Part shown: one piece after another, positions 25,991-37,391 of the stretch
Layout: each line of letters opens with the position of its first letter
Numbering within the stretch: the stretch's first letter is position 1
Assembly (NCBI GenBank): GCA_023920165.1
Contig: CP089275.1
Location: forward strand, 4,154,001 to 4,218,000
Length of the DNA: 64,000 bases
Direction: 5' to 3'
Source: Curvularia clavata
Lineage: Eukaryota
Made by a program: the position numbers and the translations under genes
The notes under the pieces: generated by a model
What the model saw: the letters and a program-made list of their open reading frames with translations, nothing else
Database searches by the model: none
Told to the model about the DNA's origin: nothing

Positions 25991-27356
25991 ATGTCAGAAA
26001 GTGTCCGGGTTCTTCTTGTCGGCAACGGCGGCCGTGAACACGCCCTTGCCTGGAAACTTTTGCAATCGCCTTCAACTGAGCACATTTACGTCTGCCCCGG
26101 TAACGGAGGTACTGCAACACTTTCGTCAAAAGTCACAAACGTCACACACATCAAGGACACCGACTTTGCCGGCCTCGTTGACTTCGCAAAAGAAAAGAAA
26201 ATCAACCTGTTAATACCGGGACCCGAGGCACCACTCGTTGCTGGTATTGTAGATTACTTCAAGGAGAATGGACTCGAGAGCATCAAGGCGTTTGGTCCTT
26301 CTAAGAAGGCCGCAACCATGGAGGGCAGCAAGACATTCAGCAAGGACTTTATGAAGCGACAGAATATTCCCACTGCCGCTTACGAGAACTTTAGCAAGTA
26401 CGAAGACGCTAAGGCGTACCTGGACTCGATTTCGCATTCCGTGGTGATCAAGGCCTCAGGCCTCGCAGCAGGCAAGGGTGTCATCATACCACAGACCAAA
26501 GAGGAGGCACAAGCAGCGCTCAAGGACATCATGCTGGACCGTGAGTTTGGTGCTGCAGGCGATGAGGTAGTCATTGAGGAGTTCCTCGAGGGCGACGAGC
26601 TGTCTATCCTCACCTTCAGTGACGGCCGCACCATCAAGTCTCTCCCACCCGCACAAGACCACAAGCGCATCTTCGACAACGATCAGGGCCCCAACACAGG
26701 AGGTATGGGCACCTATGCACCCACGCGCATTGCGCCCCGCGACGTTCTCGACCGCATCGACAAGGACATCCTGCAACCCACCATTGACGGCATGCGCGCC
26801 GAGGGCTTCGAGTTCAAGGGCGTCCTCTTCACTGGTTTGATGATGACCAAGGACGGCCCCAAAGTACTCGAATACAACGTCCGCTTCGGCGACCCAGAGA
26901 CACAGAGCTTGTTGGCGCTCATGGAGGGCGATCTTGCCCAGGTCATGGTCGCATGTGCAGATGGACGACTGAAAGATGTTGATGTCAAGGTCTCCGACCG
27001 CTCGGCAGCTACCGTGGTAGTTGCAGCAGGCGGATACCCAGGCAGCTATGCAAAGGGCACAGTGATGAAGCTCGATCCCACGCCAGAAGGTGAGTTGTCA
27101 ATTTCCAAAGTGTTCTTCCTAAATCTAAACATACAACGCAATGCTAATAAAAGACGCAGACGTGGTGCTTTTCCATGCCGGAACTTCCTTCTCCGATAAC
27201 ACGCTCAAGACCTCGGGTGGACGTGTCATTGCATCCACAGCGACTGCGCCTACGCTGGAAGAAGCCGTGGCGAAGGCCTACAAGGGTGTCGAGTGTATCC
27301 ACTTTGAGGGCATGCAGTACCGCAAGGATATTGCAGGACGGGCGCTGAAGAAGTAA
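25991..27356 (+). CDS. ADE5: Phosphoribosylamine-glycine ligase (GAR synthetase, PurD/Ade5 domain only), 2 exons, ~431 aa
   Basis: GNGGREHALAW, PGNGG, GPEAPL, EGSKTFSK, QDHKR..GPNTGGMG, EYNVRFGDPE, FHAGT, TSGGRV, YRKDIA then stop; intron 27090-27159. Confidence 0.95.
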
Positions 27357-27689
27357 AGAAAAAAAGGTATTTCGGGGGACATTAGGTTGGCGTTCTTTTT
27401 AGAGTGGACCACGTGTAACATACCAAATTCATACTCGGGTCAGAAGCAGCAACGAGTTATGAGGCTTACAATGGGCGTGTCCAAAGGATTGTTAGATAAG
27501 GCACGAGACCGAAAAGTGTGCATGTTCAGATGGCTGATTATTCTCCTACCTACCTTTGGCCATCGTCTACATCAAGTCGACATTCAGGAGATGCTGTTTA
27601 TCAACGCAAGGTTACCCTGCAATGAGAGTCGTATATACCTGGGTTGGGTACCTCATGCTGCACTCTCAATCGCTATCCTCACTTGGACT

Positions 27690-28994
27690 TTATCGATTCT
27701 TGTCCTTCTTTTCCTTTTTATGTTTCTTCTTCTCCGACGAAGCGCCATCTTCTTCCTTTTTGCGTTTTTTGCCCGGCTCATCTTGATCTGTTTTGTCTTT
27801 TGGGTCAGACGACCCATTACCAGATACAGCCGGGGGGTCAGTGCCTTCTTGAGCCTTAGCCTTAGCCTCTTGTTCTTTCAGTCGTGCAGCCTTCAACTCG
27901 TCCTTTTGTCGTATCGCATCCCTCAGTGCAGGGCTGTTGCGCTTCAGAGCGTCGGCTGCAGCCGCAACACCAGCTTGTACTTTGTTTTGCCCGTCGCCGC
28001 TGCCGAGCCACTCGTCTGTATAGCCCCATCCCGTAAGATAAATGCCCATATGATAGCACTGAACACTGTTGGCGTCATACGTCATGGGTCGCTCTTCCTT
28101 AGTGATGAGCTTGACGTCCTTGCCGAGAACCAGCTTGTCAAGTTGGCTGCGAGCCTGAGGGTTTTCGATGATCTTTTCTCTGAAGCCGAGCAGCTGCGGT
28201 GCCCAGAGCTGCGTGAGCCATGTCTCAGCAGCCTCGAAACCATGTTCCGGGTCAGAGAGAACAATTGCCGCGACATAGGCCTCGAGCATGTCGGCGACGA
28301 CTTTATGATATTGCTTCGAGTTTTTGTCCCATACAGCCCGGTGCTTCAATCGATCCGGGAAGCCATACGCGTGGGAGAATTTACCCAAAGTAGAATTCTC
28401 GACAAGGCGTTCGCGCCACATGCACAGCTCGGGAACGTCGACATGTGGGAAGCGATTGTACAGAGCGCGCGATGCAATGAGCTCAATGTAGGCGTCTCCG
28501 AGTAACTCCAGACGTTCGTAGTCAAGGCTGAGGTCCTCGCCCAGCGACGAGCCGGGGATACTGGGGTCGTAGATGGCAGATCGGTGGGTAAAGACGGCTT
28601 GGTGAAGATGGGGCTCAGAAATGGATGGCAGAGGGGGAAGGTCTTTGGATTCGCGGACTTTGCGGTCGACGTAGGGTGGAATCGCGACCTGGGCGGCCTT
28701 GTCGGGGCGTTTATTATCAAGCTCGCGTTTCGCATGCGACGAAGCACCGTCGTCTCGAGCGCAAAGTCGGCGGCGCAGCTCGTGGGCATGGTAGAGGGTT
28801 TCTTTGTCTGCGCCGGCCGTCGTCTCCTCTGCGACAAAGCGATCCAGCAGGGCTACGAGGCCCGTCTGCATATCTTTGGGTGAGAGCTCTGGCTGCGACG
28901 GCACATTATGGCGTTGAGAAGACGGCTGGTATTTCTTATTGCGTTGGTCATGACCGTAGTGATGGAACCCTCCCCCGCGCTTCTGCGATGCCAT
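27690..28994 (-). CDS. Ribonuclease III (Rnt1/Pac1-like) with C-terminal dsRNA-binding-like domain, intronless
   Basis: VFTHRS, RNase III signature YERLELLGDAYIEL, ADMLEAYVAAI, YLTGWG..LGSGDGQNKVQAG; basic C-terminus. Confidence 0.9.
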   Translation of the reverse strand: MASQKRGGGFHHYGHDQRNKKYQPSSQRHNVPSQPELSPKDMQTGLVALLDRFVAEETTAGADKETLYHAHELRRRLCARDDGASSHAKRELDNKRPDKAAQVAIPPYVDRKVRESKDLPPLPSISEPHLHQAVFTHRSAIYDPSIPGSSLGEDLSLDYERLELLGDAYIELIASRALYNRFPHVDVPELCMWRERLVENSTLGKFSHAYGFPDRLKHRAVWDKNSKQYHKVVADMLEAYVAAIVLSDPEHGFEAAETWLTQLWAPQLLGFREKIIENPQARSQLDKLVLGKDVKLITKEERPMTYDANSVQCYHMGIYLTGWGYTDEWLGSGDGQNKVQAGVAAAADALKRNSPALRDAIRQKDELKAARLKEQEAKAKAQEGTDPPAVSGNGSSDPKDKTDQDEPGKKRKKEEDGASSEKKKHKKEKKDKNR

Positions 28995-29189
28995 GGCGCT
29001 TCAGCAGAGACCGATGCTCTGCAGGCTGCTTCAATTGGGAGCGTGTGGGAAGGGAGAGAGGTGTCGTATCCAGAAAACGTTGGCGAGAGGGCGGCGGACG
29101 CTCGGTGGTTGCGGGCGCCAAGGGCACCTCCGCAATGGACATTTCCACCCGCCGCACGCCCAACACCAAGGTCCAGCATTGCAATCACA

Positions 29190-29647
29190 ATGGCGGTGTC
29201 ACGACAGCGGATATTGGACCTGATGAGGGTATGCCCTGTTTTCTTTATTCTCAGCTGTTTCTTCGCATTGCTTGCGCCTAGGTCGTATGCCGTGTCGTGA
29301 TTCTAACATGCACAGGTCCAATGCAAGGTCTTCAACACCACATACAACCCCGAACGCATCCGCCTGGGATCGCGCATCCTTCACCAGCGCCTTAAGGGCC
29401 CATCAGTCGCCTCGTATTACCCGCCGCGAATTGGTACCATCAGCCAGCTGCGCAGCCTGTACCCTGAGCACCAAATCATCGACGAGGCCGAGGAAGACTG
29501 GCTCGAGCATCTCAATGTCGCAAAGTCAAGAGGCAAAGGCGCACCCAAGAAGAAGAGGACTGCTGCCGGTATGTGCCCACTAAGGCTGTGCGTCTTGTGT
29601 CATGCTAATACCATCCAGAATCCAAAAAGTTCAACAAGAGGAAGTAG
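29190..29647 (+). CDS. RSM27: Mitochondrial ribosomal small-subunit protein mS33/Rsm27 (3 exons; absent from the ORF track)
   Basis: Spliced translation MAVSRQRILDLMR-VQCKVFNTTYNPERIRLGSRILHQRLKGPSVASYYP..SRGKGAPKKKRTAA-ESKKFNKRK*. Confidence 0.9.
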
Positions 29648-29811
29648 GTGGACGGACGGACGACTTGGGATGTGGTGTAAAACTACTGTACGAATTGCAT
29701 CGGCTGGCGTTTTATTTATGCGGGATGCGTCCGCCTTCTTGTGGATATGGATATCAAATTTATGTGCAGCCAATACACACGACATGGCGTCTGCATGCCA
29801 CCCGGATCATT

Positions 29812-30493
29812 CTACAACTTGCTCGTGGCTGCTTTCGGTTGCTGTGCCTGGTTCCATTCTCTCTCGAACTCGTCATCCCACGCCGTTCGTACCAGTCGGT
29901 GCTCGGGCTGTACAGGCACATTTACCTTGTGATGCTCGACTGTACAGTAGGTCGTCCTTCCATCCAGGCTGGTCATGTCGCCTCGGATCATTGCCATTTG
30001 CTTGCCTACACTTACTACCTTGCTGTTGAGCCTCACTTTGACACCAATTGGCACAGCTTTGAGATAGGAAATATTGAGGGACCGTGTTACACCTCCCAAA
30101 AACTCCCAAAAACCAGGCCGCGCTAGCGGGCAGAGAGCTGATGTTGTAGACATGTCGAAGATGACGCCTGCAGCTCCACCATGCATGACATCTGCCAAAA
30201 ATCAGTTTCAACTTTCGGCCTCGAGGGCATACGTACTGTTCAAGTTGGAGAAGCTGGGTTTAATAAACATTTCATACGTCACGGTTCCGTCGATCGTTGC
30301 ATCCACAAGCTCCAAAGAGTTCATGACCTCGTTGTCAAAGTCCTGGGCTTATAGTCAGCCCAATAAAGTAAAAAGGACTTGAGCATCTTACCGCATGGCC
30401 TTCTGGCCGCTTGGCTTCGAGTAGTTTGTACTTGTCAAACAGGGCTTGCACGGCCGCCATTGCTTTTCGCCGATCGGCTGCTTGGTCACTCAT
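29812..30493 (-). CDS. HotDog-fold acyl-CoA thioesterase (PaaI/ACOT13-like), 3 exons
   Basis: FSNLN-VMHGGAAGVIFD, GGVTRSLNISYLKAVP, CTVEHHKV. Confidence 0.87.
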
Positions 30494-31155
30494 GGTGGGC
30501 TTGGAACGATGAGAACTGGTACTGGGAAAGATACTCTATGTCCAGGTACACATGTCTTTTGTTATATCAGAAAGACGACTATTCAAGGCCGCGATGTGAG
30601 CTCGGCTGTATTGGGGCTGGTGATGGAGATCGGCAGGGTGTTCCTTACTGCCTCGGCTTATCCGCTCCAGCATGTCCATCCGAAAGGAGCCTGGCAGCCC
30701 TATTCCAGTGACTACATGTGGACGTGTCTGTCCTTTTTGCATCAAGTGCGCGCGCAATGACTCTCATACATGTGGGCAGGCCCACCTGGTTGTGCCAGAA
30801 TCTCACCACGTCGTTTCATCGCCGTGCGTCTAGTCACCACGCGCTGTTTCAAGCCCGGAACGGCGCCACCGCGTACGGCGATACTTTTGTCGTGACAAGA
30901 CTTACATACATATACCACACGCACCCGCCACCAATAAGTGCTGACACCCCAAGCCTGTTCTATTTCTGGTCCGGTGGGCAAGTATCTACATAGATGATGG
31001 CTTTGCAGTCCGAGCTGAACTAGATTGCGACCCCCTTCGTTGATCAATCGCTACGCCATCATTAATTAGACGAGCCGTCGCTGACTGCTTGTGTCCACAT
31101 CGCCTTTCGCTTCTTCCGGCTCCTCACAATCGGACTTTCTGAGCAGGTCTTCACC

Positions 31156-32618
31156 ATGGGTTCCGAAACAGTGCCAGTGTCTGCGACACTTCGAAAAAGG
31201 GTCTTGAAGGTGTTGTTCATTTCCCTGTTGCTCGACTTGGTACGTCATCCTTTTGGTCCGCAACAGACGGAGCGCATCCCACTGACAATCCGTGGCCTAG
31301 ATATCCTTTACCTTTATTCTTCCTCTTTTCCCTAAACTCATTGAATTCTACCGTAACCACGAAACTGGCGACCCGAACACTGTTCTCTCGAAAATCCTCG
31401 CCGGTCTCAATGCATACAAGAACTCATTTGCGAAACCCATCAACTCCCGCTACGACATTGTCCTGCTCGGCGGCGCGCTCGGATCGCTCTTCTCGCTCTG
31501 CCAGGCAGTTGCATCGCCCTTTATCGGTACCCTCTCGGACAGATATGGAAGGCGTACGGCGCTGTTGTGGTCCATGGTGGGCAACATCCTTAGCGTTGCG
31601 CTCTGGGTTGCAGCCACAGACTTCCGGACATTTCTTGCGAGCAGGATTGTAGGTGGACTTAGCGAGGGCAACGTACAGCTTGCCATGGCAATTGCTACCG
31701 ACATTAGCGACGACAGTCAGCGAGGATCGACCATGGCGCTCGTGGGTGTCTGCTTCAGCATCGCTTTTACATTTGGACCTGCGTTGGGCGCCTACCTCTC
31801 GACACTGCAAATCATGGACAAGAACCCCTTTGCCATGGCTGCAGGCTTCTCCTTGTTTCTAATTGTTTCGGAGACTATTTATCTCTATGCCAGCCTCCCA
31901 GAGACACTTCCTTCAGCGGACAAGACTCAGAACGGCACTACCAATGGAAAAGCAAAGGATAATACTGCAGCAAAACCCCGTGTTCGAACAAACTCGCACT
32001 ATCTTCTCAACGCCACACATTTCACGTTTATCCTGTTCTTCAGCGGCATGGAGTTTTCGCTACCATTTATGACATACGATCTATTTGCCTACCAAGCAAA
32101 GGATTCGGGGCGACTTCTTGGATTCATCGGACTGGTCGCTTCGCTGCTCCAAGGTTCAGTGGTGCGTCGGATGCATCCGTTGAAGGTGGTCCAGTTGGGT
32201 GTAGTCAGCTGCACGATAGCTTTCGTTATGCTGGGTAGGGTACAGACGCAAGGTGCGCTCTATGGAGCTGCTGCTCTCTTGGCAGTTACGAGTGCGACGG
32301 TCGTTACCGGTCTCAATAGTCTGTCATCTTTCGAAGCCGCAGCGGATGAGCGTGGCAACAAGCTAGGTAATCATCGAAGTTTCGGTAAGTTCCAGATACT
32401 ACCTCGATATTGCAACAACTAAGGCTCTTCTAGGTCAGATCGGACGCTCTCTGGGGCCCTTGATCTTCTGTACACTCTATTGGTGGGCAGGCAGAGAAAC
32501 AGCGTACGCAACCGGAGCCGCAGGCATGATAGCCGTCTGTGGATTAGTATTCGGAGGACTCAAAGTCCCGCCTGGCACGGAGAACATCGGAAAGAAAGAG
32601 AAGAAGGTGGCCCAATAG
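31156..32618 (+). CDS. MFS transporter, tetracycline-resistance/MFSD10-like (3 exons)
   Basis: SLLLDL-ISFTFILPLFP, motif A GTLSDRYGRR, SRIVGGLSEGNVQL, FTFGPALG, SGMEFSLPF, HRSF-GQIGRSLGP. Confidence 0.88.
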
Positions 32619-33166
32619 AGCCATGGTGGTCATTCTTGATGCATTTGTATTATATTTCAAGTAAAAATACCCTTTCGATCCAACGCGATGTGCTGTTTCG
32701 AGTCTAGATATGGTCTGCAATAAATTCGACGTAAGGTGTTTCAATTGGCAGGCGATGTTCAGTAGCAATTCAAGATTCAAAGATACTTGATGAGTGAGTC
32801 GGGTTGACCGACATGCTTTATAGGCGTCTTACGTGTGCTTCACCTAGCCAACGTTTATCGTGTCCTTAGTCTGTGGCTCGGTACACTGCCGGCCGACCCG
32901 CGGTGTACACCAGTCCCGAGTCCAGCCTAGTTACTGGGGTATATGCATCAGATCTACAAGCTATCGCGCTAACCCCGCACACACGGTGTTTTAGTATTGG
33001 CTTCAACCTCGGCTTCTTTGTTTAGCTTTGTTCCGCGTTCAAACAACAGCAGCTAGCCGACATTATGCCATTGCCGTCCTTGCAGTTATCTTCAGCTGTT
33101 GCTCTGCTCTTCGTCAGTCGATCACTTGACTGACAAGCAAGCAAATCTATCAAAACTCGGTCAATC

Positions 33167-35125
33167 ATGGATAAAACTACCACTGCTGCAGCATTGGCAG
33201 CCATTTCCGGTCTGGCCGCGTACATCAACGGGAAATACCATGTTACACAAGATCTCAAGGCGTTGAAGTTCAAGTATCAAGCAGCAAAGTATTATGCAGA
33301 AGTCGGTACGTATCCAGTCCTCAACCCTTACTACAACAGTGACATCTCGTGCTAAGTCTGCACAGTGAAAGCCAATCGCCAATGCCTCTGGTACTCATTT
33401 GCTCCTTACGCAGCAAAGTACAGCAACAACCTATGCATCTGGTCTCGCACCAAGACTTATACATGGCAAGAAGTACACGACCGTGCGGTCCAGTGGGCGA
33501 ACTTTTTTCTTGCTCAGGGCGTGAAACCAGGTGACATGGTCGCCACATACCTAATGAACAGTGCTGATTTCATGGTCATCTGGCTCGGTCTCTTTTGCAT
33601 CGGCTGTGCCCCAGCTCATCTCAACTACAATCTGAAAGACGAGGGACTAGTGCACTGCTTGAAAGTTGCCGGAGTCAAAATCGTACTTTTCGACGAGGAA
33701 GAGGGCTGTTCGGAGAGATTCAGCCAAGTCAAGGATGCAGTGGAAGAGATGGGCATCCGTTCATTCAGAGTGGATGAAAGCATGTTGGCCAGTGTTTATC
33801 AGGGTAGCACTGTAGTCCCAGGAGACGAGATGAGGGCAAACGTAGATGGCAAAAGCCCACTGTGTCTGCTCTACACCTCCGGTACCACTGGATTACCGAA
33901 GGCCTCCAAGTTTACTATAAGCCGGTTTTACGAGCGAGGGAACCCAGACAACCCTTCTTTTGGCCTAAAGGCGGGGCCAGATGGGGATCGGTGGTACTGC
34001 TGTATGCCTTTATTTCACGGAACAGGAGGAGTAATGACTATGGGCGCCCTCACAAGTGGTATGAGTGCGGCTATAGGGCGCAAGTTCTCAGTCAGCAGTT
34101 TCTGGGACGATATCCACGATTCGCAAGCTACCATGTTCATATACGTTGGTGAAGCCGCACGATATCTGCTCATGGCACCACCACACCCAAGAGAAAGGGA
34201 CCATCGACTACGCGGCATGTATGGTAACGGCATGCGACCAGATGTCTGGGGACGTTTCAAAGAGCGCTTCAACGTTCCCGAAGTTATGGAGTTCTTCAAC
34301 TCTACCGAAGGTGTGTTGGGAATGATTGTCCACAACAAAGGCCCTTTTACGGAGAACATTGTTGCTCAGCACGGCGCCCTGATCAGAAGAGCATTGCACA
34401 ACGTGTACGTACCTGTATCCATTGATCCGGAGACGGGAGAACTGGTGCGTGACCCCAAGACTGGGTTTGTGAAACGCAACTCGTATAAGGAAGGTGGAGA
34501 AATCCTCGTCGCTGTGCCCAGCGAAGACGCATTTGCCGGATACTACAACAACCCCAAAGCCACCGCAAAGAAGTTTGAAAGAAATGTCTTCAAGAAGGGC
34601 GATTTGTTCTATCGATCTGGTGATGCGCTGAGAAGGGATGATGATGGGCGGTGGTTCTTCCTCGATAGGCTTGGCGACACCTTTCGATGGAAGAGTGAAA
34701 ATGTATCCACAGCTGAAGTGGCCGAGGTGCTCGGAAAGTTCCCTGGAGTAGGCGAAGCCATCGTATACGGCACTCTAGTTCCCAGGCATGATGGCCGCGC
34801 TGGCTGCGCTGCTCTCCGATTATCTGATGGCGTCACCCCCGAGACGTTCGATTGGAAAGCATTGCTGGAATACTCACGAAGCAAGCTGCCAAGATACGCT
34901 GTGCCTGTATTCTTGCGACTGGTTAAACAAGCAACTAATACGGACAACCAGAAACAAAACAAAGGCCCATTGAGAAATGAAGGTATCGAAATCGACCAGT
35001 ATGGAAGCAAGGTTATCGGTGGTGCCGATGATCCGGTCATGTGGATGAAGCCTGGCCAGGATAGATATGTGAGGTTTACTATGGAAGACCTAGAAACACT
35101 GAGAAATGGGAAGGCTCTGTTGTAA
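33167..35125 (+). CDS. Very-long-chain acyl-CoA synthetase / fatty acid transport protein (Fat1/FATP family), 2 exons
   Basis: AMP-binding YTSGTTGLPK, PLFHGTG, YVGEAARYL, EFFNSTEG, FATP signature DRLGDTFRWKSENVSTAEV, DGRAGCAA. Confidence 0.92.
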
Positions 35126-35644
35126 ATATTAGTTCGGTCAAATCACCGGGACTGCCCTGGGAGTTGCAAAGCCAGTCTGACTGAGTGGTGGACAATGTCA
35201 ATCTACCTTACATTTTTCTCCACCGCATTGAATGATACTGCTCATGTCGTCCACCTTGTCGACAGAAGCCAAGTCTATGGAACAACCGTAACGAGAATGC
35301 ACGAAAAGGAAGGAAATCCACAATCTCAATTTGCATGATCAGCCATACACAGAGATGAATACTCACTCTCAATTTCTGAAATGACGGCACTGCTGATTGG
35401 AGATTATCCATATGTATAACGGATATTTTGGGCTTGTACATACCGAAGCGCGATGCAAGGGCATGCACCCATGGCACAATCTGTTCCATAGGATTTGGCT
35501 CCCAGTTCCAGCCTCTGTTGCACAAGAGAAGCTGATGCAGAGCCCAGATAAGGGCAATTTCAAGTACGGCCAAATATCATGGCCGGAGTTTCATCGCCGC
35601 AGCCGTTTGCAGAAGGTGTGTTACCGCTTATCAAAAGATACGAC

Positions 35645-37391
35645 ATGATTGGTGCGCTTCGGTCCATCAAGGTACTTTGATCTTGTAGCATTTGGCATCT
35701 CCCCGCTCGGATGTTATTTGGGCAGAAAAACAGGTGCCAATTGAGCTTGTGCTTCGTTTCCCTGAAGTAAGGGTTGAATATATGCATCTGGACACTATGC
35801 ACGAATTGGAACAGCGCCTGGTTCGCAAGCTCGGTACGTCTGCACAATTGGGGTGCTTCGGTGTTGTCCATCAAAGCTAACGGCTCGACAGATTGCTTTA
35901 TCTTGGTTGGGATTTTGCTATCAAACTTAGAGAAGGACAGCTAATGTCGAGTTCAGGTGTACTGTTGTGCTGCCTATTTCTTCAACTACCTGGATCGATC
36001 AGCCTTTGCCAATGCCTATGTTTCTGGGTTGAAGGAGTCTCTCCAGCTTGCGGGCAACCAATATAGTGTCTTATTGTCTATGTTTACAGCCGGTAGCTGC
36101 ACCGGCCAGATACCTCACGCTCTGATCATTCAGAAAATTGCGCCTCGCTTTTGGCTCCCATTCACTCTGATCGTATGGTCCGGTCTAACCATGTGCTCTG
36201 CAGCATGTACGACTTATGCTCAGCTCTGCGTTGTCCGCTTCTTGCAAGGGTTTTTTGAGTCGAGTTTATACAGTGGCACCATCTACATCCTTGGGTCCTG
36301 GTACAAGCCCTCAGAGATTGCTAAAAGAACTGCCATCTTCACCGCCGTCGGCCAAATAGGTAGCATGTTCGCCGGCGTGATGATGACAGCAATGAATGAG
36401 AGCCTGCATGGACAGAACTCTCTCGCGGGCTGGCAGTGGGTCTTTATTATCAGTAGGTATCCTGCAATACACCTCGATCCTTTGAATACTGAAATCTACT
36501 AGACGGCACTATGGGAATCCCGTTTGGTATCTTTGGTTTGTTGTTCTTCCCAAACTTGCCTGAATCTCCAAATGCTCCCTATCTCAGCAAGGAAGAGTTA
36601 CAGCTAGCGTTGGACCGTCTACCGCCGAAAAGAACTTGGGGCCACGATATCAGCCTCAAGTCGTTGGCCAAACGGCTTCTTGCAAAGCCAGACATCTACA
36701 TACTCTCCCTCTACTCTATGATCGGATGCGCACTAGAGGCAATCGTCCTTCAGGGTCTCTTCTTACTCTGGATGAAAGCCAACATCGAACAGTTTCCGTC
36801 GTATGCAACGACCACGTATCCCCTTGGTGTGCAAGCTGTATCTATTGTGTCCAATATAGGAGCTGGTTATGTCATCGATATGACCAACCGCCGTATACCT
36901 ATGGTAGTATTGGCCGGACTTTTGCAGATACTTGTTGCGGTCCTCCTCCTAATCCCCAATCTTTCCACTGCTGGGGTGTTCTTCGCGTTCTACTTGGCAG
37001 GTACTTCGTACATTGTGAACCCCATTTTATACGGTTGGGCGAGTGTCATTTGCCAGCGGGGTGGTGACGATGCCTCGAGATCCGTCATTCTCTATACCAT
37101 GAGCATGGTGCAATCCATCCTATATACCTTTTGGGGCATCGCGTTTTATCCGGCGACCGATGCGCCGTATTGGAAGAAAGGGTGCATCACGATGATTGTA
37201 GTAGTCTTTGCTTTCTTTGGAGCAACAGCAGCAGTACAATGGGTGCGTACATCATCTGGAACAGGCTTTGTAAGGCAGTGATGGACTGACTTGAGATACA
37301 GCTGGACCAAATGTCACAAATCACCCCCAGGAGCGCTGATGATGTCGTTGACATGAACGAGACTGCAGATGGTGGCAATAAGAAGGACTGA
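35645..37391 (+). CDS. MFS transporter of the allantoate/pantothenate (Fen2/Liz1-like) family; 5' end unresolved
   Basis: EQRLVRKL-D-CFIL-VYCCAAYFFNYLDRSAFANAYVSGLKE, LGSWYKPSEIAKRTAIF, LAGWQWVFII, FYPATDAPYWKKG; includes a 14-nt micro-exon. Confidence 0.85.

Noticed and set aside
27387..28505. 372-aa plus-strand ORF
   Set aside because: Antisense shadow of the RNase III gene, with a non-ATG start; its hydrophobic stretch mirrors the Lys/Glu-rich tail. Not an AIR synthetase continuation of ADE5.
35208..35874. Two minus-strand ORFs between and overlapping the FATP and MFS genes
   Set aside because: No recognisable family; partly antisense to the transporter's 5' region.
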